Of a stretch of 64,000 nucleotides of DNA, positions 57,328 to 64,000 are shown piece after piece. Position numbers and translations under genes: made by a program. This DNA is from an uncultured Gammaproteobacteria bacterium (GTDB lineage Bacteria; Patescibacteriota; Microgenomatia; UBA10105; UBA927): positions 5,865 to 69,864 of the forward strand of contig CAYUUX010000003.1 of assembly GCA_964448085.1 (NCBI GenBank), given 5' to 3'. The notes below the pieces were generated by a model. It had not been told where the DNA came from. It saw only the letters and a list, made by a program, of their open reading frames with translations, and searched no databases. The first letter of the stretch is position 1, and each line of letters begins with the position of its first letter.

Positions 57328-58349
57328 GACACGTACGACGTTTGTTTTCACCACTAGCAGTCGGTATAGCGATAGCATGTATAGGTATTTTATGCGTGAG
57401 TATTCTTTATGTCGTTCGATTAAGCAAAGAATTTACCAAGGAAACGGGATTGAATAGGTCAATACTTATTAAACTATTAATAGATGGGGGATCCAACTTA
57501 AAATCAACTGACAATAAGACCAATATTGCGCTTCTTGGTATGGCGGGTGGTAGTCACGATGGACCAGACCTCACAGATACGATTGTAGTCGTATCATTTG
57601 ATATCAAGAAACAGACGCTTGCAATGATTTCTGTGCCTCGAGATATTTGGTCAGATTCACTCAAAGATAAGATAAACAGCGCATATCATTATGGTGAGGC
57701 AAAAAAAGAAGGTGGTGGTATCATTCTTTCCAGGGCAGTATTGGAGGATGTGGTTGGTTTCCCAATTCATTATGTGATGACGCTAGATTTTTCTCAATTT
57801 GAATCGGTTATCGATGCGTTAGGCGGCATAGATGTTAATGTAACAAAAGGATTTGTGGATAAAGAATTTCCAATTGCGGGTAAAGAAAACGATGAATGTG
57901 GAGGAGATCCGTTGTATGCATGCAGATATGAAACTGTAGCATTCACCCAGGGGAGCCAGCACATGGACGGTTCAACTGCATTAAAATATGTCAGAAGCAG
58001 AAATGCTGAAGGAGATGAGGGGACGGATTTTGCTCGAGGGAAAAGGCAGCAGGATATTATCATTGCGCTTAAAGACGCAATCATTGATGCGAAGATCTGG
58101 TTTCATCCTGCTCTGGCAAAAAAGCTGCTGGATATTATGGATAAAGCAACGGATACTGACATGACGCTTGGTGAACAGTTGACGATAGGGAAGTACGCAA
58201 TAAAAGTTAACTCTACCTCAATTCAAAAAATTTCCATAGAACCATTGCTTATAGTGCCACCCTCATGGGTGTATGGAAGATATGTGTTGGTTCCAGAAAA
58301 AGATTTTGCTTCTATTCACGCATTTATACAACAGGAAATGAACAAGTAA
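57324..58349 (+). CDS. LytR-CpsA-Psr (LCP) family phosphotransferase
   Basis: TM; TDTI, SVPRD, KINSAY, ALKYVRSR, DFARGKRQQ. Confidence 0.95.
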   Translation: MRHVRRLFSPLAVGIAIACIGILCVSILYVVRLSKEFTKETGLNRSILIKLLIDGGSNLKSTDNKTNIALLGMAGGSHDGPDLTDTIVVVSFDIKKQTLAMISVPRDIWSDSLKDKINSAYHYGEAKKEGGGIILSRAVLEDVVGFPIHYVMTLDFSQFESVIDALGGIDVNVTKGFVDKEFPIAGKENDECGGDPLYACRYETVAFTQGSQHMDGSTALKYVRSRNAEGDEGTDFARGKRQQDIIIALKDAIIDAKIWFHPALAKKLLDIMDKATDTDMTLGEQLTIGKYAIKVNSTSIQKISIEPLLIVPPSWVYGRYVLVPEKDFASIHAFIQQEMNK

Positions 58350-58405
58350 AGGGAAGAAAAAGATTCAATAATGTGATATAAAAATCAGGTGTTAGCACTT
58401 AATGT

Positions 58406-60295
58406 TTAAAGGACTAACCCGAGCATAAGCAAAACAACGCTTCCAACGACTGTTAATATTCCCAAAAATCCAGGGCCGATACCTGAGACTGGAACCTTTG
58501 GCGTTGGAATCCCAGTTGGAGTGGCTTCAGCAATCAATTGACTACTCGTTGGTGTCGGTGAGGATGCAGCAAAGGAACGTCGTGTTGGCGTGGGCGTTGA
58601 CGTTGCTCCAGGACAGGAACAATCAACTTCTGACGGACAGGCAGCTTTCCTACATCGTTTAACCCCAGTTGTTGTCACACACGATAAACCCGATTCACAG
58701 TTGTCGTCGCTGTCACAGGACGCGTCACAAGTTCCCGGTGCTGGTGTTGCTGTCGGACCACTCGTTGGGGTGTTGGTTGGTGTATTAGTCAACGTTCCAG
58801 TTGGTGTATTGGTTGGTGTATTAGTCAACGTTCCAGTTGGTGTATTGGTTGGCGTATCGCTAATTGTTCCCGTTGGTGTTTTTGTGGGGGTTTTTGTTGG
58901 TGTTTTTGTGGGGGTTTTTGTTGGTTGTTTTGGCGTTGCTGTTGGGCCACCCTGACAAGAACCACCACATTGAATAAGGGCATCACATCCTGTGACCGGC
59001 ATACAATAATTTCCAGATGTTCCAGTTATGGTATCGATTTGTCCGCACTCAGTAGGACTGAGTTTTCCGCTGTTGCATGGGCCAAATTCCCACCACACAC
59101 CAGGATCACCTTCTCCACAACCCTTCCCTACAGTTCCGCATCCGAGCGGACAATGGAAGAAGACACAATACCCATTAAATGTAGCTAAAGAACCAGTGCT
59201 TGAACCGATATGACAATCTTGTGGAAGGCCTGGCCCATTTGGATACCAATTTCGTATTCCAGGACATCCGGATATGCCGCTTGGTGTGGCTGTCGGAGGA
59301 GGTTTTGTCGGAGTGACACATGCTGCATAATTCAAAACACACTTTTGTCCCGAAGGACATGTATAAACAAACGTTGAAGGAGGATTACATACATAAGATG
59401 ATGCTACGCATTTTTTACCATTATCTGCACAACTGTTGCTTGCTGGCGTTGGCACTATGCATGTTGCATCGCTCGGCACGCACTTTCTCCCCGGGGCGCA
59501 ATGCCAATTATATGTCGTACTTGGAGTACAAGTTGCTTTTTCGTCCACACATTTATCGTCATGGTCAGCACAATCATCTAGTTTTTTAGTTGGTGTTGCG
59601 GTGGATTTTTGGGTTGGTGTTCTGGTTGCAGTAGGTGCTGTGATTTCATCCCATCTACAACAGTTTCTTCCTTCGTATGGTGCTATACAAGAAGCTTTAG
59701 TTGCGATAGTGGAACAAACAATGTCAGCACAAATCCCAGATCCTTGTGCTTGCTTACAAGATCCTGCAGCTCTGCTTCTGATTTCTGCAATTTGTGGAGA
59801 TCGAGCTATGTAGTAGAGTGCAAGAGGAAGTGTCAAAATTAAAAAGAGCACAATGGCAAGAAGTGGTCCAGCACCCTTAGTTTTTTTCTCTTTGGGTTTA
59901 TTATCGGGTGGAACTGTAGGTTTTTGAGCATCTTCCTTTGTTTCTTCTGGTTTTACGATTACAGAAGGATTGGATGGTTCTAACTCTGGAAGCGGTTCAA
60001 GAGCCGGAGGTTTCGGGAATGGAGGGGGCACATCTGTTGAGTTTGATAAAGTTGGTTGTTCCAAAACAGGCGGTGTAATTGGTTCAAGCGGCTTATCCTT
60101 ATTAGGAAGAGGTTTTTCATTTTTTTTTGATTCCTTTCCTTCTTCAACTGGCGTTGTTTGCATGAGAGGAGCTGGGGGAACGGGAATAACATCTGTTTTT
60201 TCCGCCTCAACTATTGGTTCTGATGGGGGTGTCGAACCCAATGCTTTTGCAGCATCATCAATCAATTTTTGTGGTGATATGGGTTCGTCTGCCAT
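58406..60295 (-). CDS. Cys-rich, Pro/Thr-rich surface protein with two TM segments
   Basis: Pro/Glu-rich N-terminus, TM, EIRSRAAG, Cys modules, PT linkers, VPVSG followed by terminal TM. Confidence 0.8.
   Translation of the reverse strand: MADEPISPQKLIDDAAKALGSTPPSEPIVEAEKTDVIPVPPAPLMQTTPVEEGKESKKNEKPLPNKDKPLEPITPPVLEQPTLSNSTDVPPPFPKPPALEPLPELEPSNPSVIVKPEETKEDAQKPTVPPDNKPKEKKTKGAGPLLAIVLFLILTLPLALYYIARSPQIAEIRSRAAGSCKQAQGSGICADIVCSTIATKASCIAPYEGRNCCRWDEITAPTATRTPTQKSTATPTKKLDDCADHDDKCVDEKATCTPSTTYNWHCAPGRKCVPSDATCIVPTPASNSCADNGKKCVASSYVCNPPSTFVYTCPSGQKCVLNYAACVTPTKPPPTATPSGISGCPGIRNWYPNGPGLPQDCHIGSSTGSLATFNGYCVFFHCPLGCGTVGKGCGEGDPGVWWEFGPCNSGKLSPTECGQIDTITGTSGNYCMPVTGCDALIQCGGSCQGGPTATPKQPTKTPTKTPTKTPTKTPTGTISDTPTNTPTGTLTNTPTNTPTGTLTNTPTNTPTSGPTATPAPGTCDASCDSDDNCESGLSCVTTTGVKRCRKAACPSEVDCSCPGATSTPTPTRRSFAASSPTPTSSQLIAEATPTGIPTPKVPVSGIGPGFLGILTVVGSVVLLMLGLVL
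58775..58919. repeat. Coding tandem repeats (2x36 bp and 2x24 bp) encoding TPT linkers
   Basis: GGTTGGTGTATTAGTCAACGTTCCAGTTGGTGTATT x2; GTTGGTGTTTTTGTGGGGGTTTTT x2. Confidence 0.9.
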
Positions 60296-60367
60296 TGAAA
60301 CAAAAAACAATACAATACGTCCTATATCCAGCGTATCGCAATGGATGCAATATAGTCAAGGAAGAAC

Positions 60368-61378
60368 TTAAAGAAGAAGACCTAAGAGAAGGAGAACGAC
60401 ACTTCCTGCAACAGTTAATACGCCGGTTATGTTTAACCCTCCAGAGACAGGCATATCCTGTCCTGATGTATCCTCTGTATCTGATTGATCATCTGCAACG
60501 ACAGGACACGAACAGTCTGACTCAGCTGGACACTCAGCATTTCGACATCGGTTTACACCATTGACTGAAGAACAACTCAAACCGGATGTACAATCATCAT
60601 CGGTTTCGCAAGACGCATCACATTGAGCTGGGTCATTATTCGCTGCTCCTTGCGTTGGAGTTGCTGTAGGTTCACCCGTTGGTTCATCTGTTGGTGTTGC
60701 TGTGGGTTCACCCGTTGGTTCATCTGTTGGTGTTGCTGTGGGTTCACCCGTTGGGGTTTTTGTGGGTGTTTTTGTTGGGGTCTTTGTAGGATCTGTTTTT
60801 TTAGAATCTTCGCAAGCTTTTGCTCCGCAGCTAGCTTTAAAGCAGTAGTGTCCACAGCTATACGAATATATTCCGCAATCTTTTGGTGCTGTTACACATG
60901 CGTCACAATTTAACGTTGATACGGGCGTTTTATAATCACACCCATATATAGTATCGTCCTTTCCTCCAACAGGCTCTGGTTTTTCTGTTGGTGTTGCCGT
61001 TGGCACATTGGCATCAACCCAATTGCAACAAGATGCACCAGTTATAGTTCCTTTTTTTGACAAGCAAATTGTTTTGTCTGTAATACTCGGTCCGCATTGA
61101 CCAGTGCATCCATTTACGGTTTGATAATCGCCTGTGCCATTAAAATGGCAAGGATACTCTCCAGCAGCTTTACTTCGCTGCTCTGTTAATTGGCGTTGTT
61201 GAGAGATATAGAAAACAGCAACCGGAAGGGTAATGATTAAAAATACAACAATAAATAGAATTACCCATTTCCCGGCGCCTGATTTTTTCTTTATCGGTTG
61301 ACTAGAAGAGCTGCTTCCTTGTGTGGGAGCTGCGGCATCTGTTGGGGGAATGATGAATGTATCTGGGGTTGCAGCCAT
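60368..61378 (-). CDS. Paralogous Cys-rich, Pro/Thr-rich surface protein
   Basis: TM, EQRSKAAG, shared 8-Cys module, MPVSG followed by terminal TM. Confidence 0.8.
   Translation of the reverse strand: MAATPDTFIIPPTDAAAPTQGSSSSSQPIKKKSGAGKWVILFIVVFLIITLPVAVFYISQQRQLTEQRSKAAGEYPCHFNGTGDYQTVNGCTGQCGPSITDKTICLSKKGTITGASCCNWVDANVPTATPTEKPEPVGGKDDTIYGCDYKTPVSTLNCDACVTAPKDCGIYSYSCGHYCFKASCGAKACEDSKKTDPTKTPTKTPTKTPTGEPTATPTDEPTGEPTATPTDEPTGEPTATPTQGAANNDPAQCDASCETDDDCTSGLSCSSVNGVNRCRNAECPAESDCSCPVVADDQSDTEDTSGQDMPVSGGLNITGVLTVAGSVVLLLLGLLL
60669..60754. repeat. Coding tandem repeat (36 bp, about 2.4 copies; PTGEPTATPTDE)
   Basis: GGTTCACCCGTTGGTTCATCTGTTGGTGTTGCTGTG repeated. Confidence 0.9.
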
Positions 61379-61424
61379 AATAGTGTTGTGTCTATTTAGT
61401 GTATCATGAAATGCGATTGGAATA

Positions 61425-62753
61425 TTATTTTATAAAAAATACCACACCTCCTCCCAAAAAGAGCGTGGTTCCCAAAATGAGAAGAATAAGCGTTGGAAGA
61501 AGTGATCCACTTGTCGGCATGGGTTCTGATGTATCCGTTGCTTCTTCTGTTGGTGTTGCGGAATCCGTTGCTTCTTCTGTTGGTGTTGGAGTTTCCGTTA
61601 ATTCTCCCGAAGGTGTTGCATCTCCCAATACTTGCGTGCCACTTTTAAGAACGGTAAATGTATGGGTGATTGCAACCGGTTTTTTCTTTGCATCAACAGT
61701 CGTCATGGTCACGGTTTGTTTGCCTGCCTGAAGGATTTTTGATGGGGTATACCGCCATAAACCGTCAGATCCGACTGTTGTCGTGCCAACGATAGGTGTG
61801 GCTGATCCTAATGTCACAGTTACTTTTTTTCCGGGAATGCCAATACCGCTGATGAGTGGTCGGTTACTCGTAAGTGTTGCACCTTCAGCTGGTTGGGTAA
61901 GCGTGATACTGCCAGATGTGGTTTTGGTAGTGGTTTGTGTTCCCAAAACGGAAGTATTTGATGTTTTACTGTTTTTTGGAACGACGGCAATATTGGATTT
62001 TGTCAGTTTTTTAGCATCCCTTCCGCGAAAATCATAAGTATTTCCGAGCGTTATATCAGGAACAGGAGCGTCATTGAGTGTGTCTGTTTGCACTTGCGAT
62101 TCCTGTATACCAAGTTTTACCGTAATGGATTCTGTCATGCGTTCGGAAACGGGGAGATAGGAACTTCCATCGTCAACGCGCGTTGCTCCTAAGGGGATTA
62201 TCCATGAACCGGAATTCCTCACGACTGCAGAAAGCAGTTGGCCGTCTGCCAGCCGAAGAAAAACAATCGCTCCTTCTGCGGGAGTTCCTCCTTCGGTAAA
62301 TACAGATCCGTATGCAGGATCAATACCGGGTGCCACTTCATCAATAGATGGGAATGTGACGACTTCATATGCTTTCGAATCGATGGGATACTTTTTTCCA
62401 TTGGATAAGATCGTGACTGTGTATTTTGTTGAAGGAATAAGTGTTTTTACGGTAACGCTGTGCGTGCGATACTTACCAAGTTTGCCTGTTGCATCCCGTT
62501 CGTCAAATGCAGAATATTTTTTTCCGTCTGCAGATTGTATCAGAAGTCCTCCTGAGGTTGGTTCTTCGGTTTCCCATACGAAAGAGAAAGATGATTCTGT
62601 GATATTCGTGACGGTTACCTGCTTGGGCTCAAGGGTAACAGATGCGCGTGTTTGTCCTCGAGCCATATATTCAAAAAGAAACGAAACCCCTGCAATTATG
62701 GCAATGACAAGCACTATGGCTAAAAGCGTTGGTATTTTTCGTGGTCCAAGCAT
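61425..62753 (-). CDS. FN3-like plus Ig-like domain surface protein
   Basis: TM; VTNITESSFSFVWET..H.VTV..L.PST.Y (FN3); RPLISG.G.PG..V..V..DG.W (Ig); MPTSG followed by TM. Confidence 0.82.
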   Translation of the reverse strand: MLGPRKIPTLLAIVLVIAIIAGVSFLFEYMARGQTRASVTLEPKQVTVTNITESSFSFVWETEEPTSGGLLIQSADGKKYSAFDERDATGKLGKYRTHSVTVKTLIPSTKYTVTILSNGKKYPIDSKAYEVVTFPSIDEVAPGIDPAYGSVFTEGGTPAEGAIVFLRLADGQLLSAVVRNSGSWIIPLGATRVDDGSSYLPVSERMTESITVKLGIQESQVQTDTLNDAPVPDITLGNTYDFRGRDAKKLTKSNIAVVPKNSKTSNTSVLGTQTTTKTTSGSITLTQPAEGATLTSNRPLISGIGIPGKKVTVTLGSATPIVGTTTVGSDGLWRYTPSKILQAGKQTVTMTTVDAKKKPVAITHTFTVLKSGTQVLGDATPSGELTETPTPTEEATDSATPTEEATDTSEPMPTSGSLLPTLILLILGTTLFLGGGVVFFIK

Positions 62754-62761
62754 ACAAAACC

Positions 62762-62956
62762 TTAGAGCTTCACTTTCTTCTCTAATATATCCAGTGTACC
62801 AGTATCAAGCGAAGGTGTTAAGGGTGTGATGATCTGATTGACTTTTGTTTCCACGGTGGATGTCTTTGTGGTTTTTACCAATTCAAAAAAGATCCACGAC
62901 AATACAGTGACAAAGGTGAATAAAGTGATGAGAAATAAATCGCGATCTGTTTTCAT
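62762..62956 (-). CDS. Small single-TM protein in the pil operon
   Basis: ATGA overlap with pilO; ITLFTFVTVLSWIFF ... ITPLTPSLD. Confidence 0.7.
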   Translation of the reverse strand: MKTDRDLFLITLFTFVTVLSWIFFELVKTTKTSTVETKVNQIITPLTPSLDTGTLDILEKKVKL

Positions 62957-63603
62957 AAGGTTTGATAATAAGTTAATACTTTCATGTTTAGCTGTATGAG
63001 CGGGGACGCAACAACCGTTTGTCCACTTTTGTTTGTTGAGAATGTCAGAGAATCGATTACAAAAACCCGACGCATGGAAATAAGATTGGTAAAGAAGGAT
63101 GAGAGCGTCTGGTATGTCCCCTCAATGGAAGCAGTTATGGAAAATTCTACGTTTTTAACAGCGAACGCCTTGCTTGATGCGCTTGCCGACGATTCAACAA
63201 TGACAGGGACAGCGCTTACCTGTATGGCGGAAATAGATGCTCCCGCTTGTGATGCAAGATCACGGATAACCCGAACAACATCGATTGCCTCAGGATTTTG
63301 CGGTATCGCGTCTGCAGCAAGCGGCAACTTAGTTTGCACATTTTCAAGAAGCGCTTGTGCCTGAATGAGGGCATTAATTTTGGTATCCATCTTTTCATTA
63401 ATTTCCTTCTTATCAATAATTTCCCGACGAAGATAGAGAATGGTTTGAATCGTTGGACGTATTGCGTACCAACCAAAAAGGGCTACGACAAGAAAAAAGA
63501 AAATAACAGTCGAATATGTCCGTGTCTTTGGTTTTGCCAGCATCGGTTCAAGCTGTTGATAGTACTTCTTATATTGGTTTGGTAGATTGAATTGAGAAGC
63601 CAT
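62953..63603 (-). CDS. pilO: Type IV pilus assembly protein, PilO-like
   Basis: TM, coiled coil, AIP, GTYQTLSSFF..L..MRRVF ferredoxin-like fold. Confidence 0.8.
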   Translation of the reverse strand: MASQFNLPNQYKKYYQQLEPMLAKPKTRTYSTVIFFFLVVALFGWYAIRPTIQTILYLRREIIDKKEINEKMDTKINALIQAQALLENVQTKLPLAADAIPQNPEAIDVVRVIRDLASQAGASISAIQVSAVPVIVESSASASSKAFAVKNVEFSITASIEGTYQTLSSFFTNLISMRRVFVIDSLTFSTNKSGQTVVASPLIQLNMKVLTYYQTL

Positions 63604-63604
63604 A

Positions 63605-64000
63605 TTATTTTTTTGTTTGCACGCCCGCTATTTGAGCGTTCATGGTATATTGAATACCTATTTTTGATGCTTTATCTACTGTACCGATTTCAATATTGCT
63701 CAATGACTTATTTGCGCTCGCGTTTAAAAGAAATTGAGAAAAGCTTTGGATGGTGAGTGATATGACTGATGCGGTAATTTTATTATTCGTTACTGTAAGC
63801 GATTGAAGGTATGTGCCGGAGGGCAACAGTGTGTGTACGCTTGTTAATGTTTGGGTGGGTACAGTCTGTTTATCAAGCAATGCCTTAATTTTCGCGAGCG
63901 CATCCTGTGTTTGGCGAAACGAAGTTTCCAGATCCTTATTCGCTTCGATGATTTCTTGTTTTTGGAGGATTTCATCGCGTAAATCCGTGAGTTGTCTATC
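63605..64000 (-). CDS. PilN-like protein, 5' end beyond the window
   Basis: Open frame to the window edge (DRQLTDLRDEILQKQ...), coiled coil then LPSGTYLQSL; directly upstream of pilO. Confidence 0.7.
   Translation of the reverse strand, partial: DRQLTDLRDEILQKQEIIEANKDLETSFRQTQDALAKIKALLDKQTVPTQTLTSVHTLLPSGTYLQSLTVTNNKITASVISLTIQSFSQFLLNASANKSLSNIEIGTVDKASKIGIQYTMNAQIAGVQTKK

Noticed and set aside
58775-58919. 36-bp direct repeats of CRISPR-like length (also 60669-60754)
   Set aside because: Head-to-tail with no spacers, lengths are multiples of 3, they encode PT linkers, and no cas genes are present
1-64000. Alternative genetic code (UGA=Gly as in Gracilibacteria/Absconditabacteria)
   Set aside because: Conserved genes are full length under code 11, and TGA ends nrdR, nrdJ, pduO and tpiA at the expected positions

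Overview
This is a gene-dense chromosomal window read with genetic code 11. Its gene content points to a CPR/Patescibacteria genome, probably Microgenomates; that assignment is inferred, not proven. The supporting content is tandem class A PBPs, VanW, FemAB, a DUF5667-like protein, PEGA and PsbP-like membrane proteins, a HerA/VirD4-like ATPase, PilN/PilO and lower-glycolysis genes. Housekeeping genes include pgk, gap, tpiA, groES/EL with a CIRCE element, metG, tsaD, tatD, pcrA, rmuC, uppP and idi, alongside a cell-envelope glycosylation cluster. No mobile element or CRISPR array was seen. Most notable: (1) an operon controlled by NrdR boxes, nrdR-nrdJ-pduO, followed by an internal cobalamin riboswitch with attenuator that gates DUF4430-like and DUF6580-like genes, a candidate minimal B12 scavenging system; (2) three surface proteins downstream of pilN/pilO sharing an N-proximal TM-R/K-A-A/S motif and a C-terminal xP[VT]SG-TM tail; (3) a tRNA-Ile with a UAU anticodon that abuts the idi start codon; (4) pervasive -10 boxes lying 6-9 nt from ATG starts, suggesting leaderless and bidirectional promoters; (5) a long hairpin 5' UTR on an RRM gene. 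Family names come from motif recognition, not database searches. Several start codons were moved from the ORF track to the more plausible ATG.
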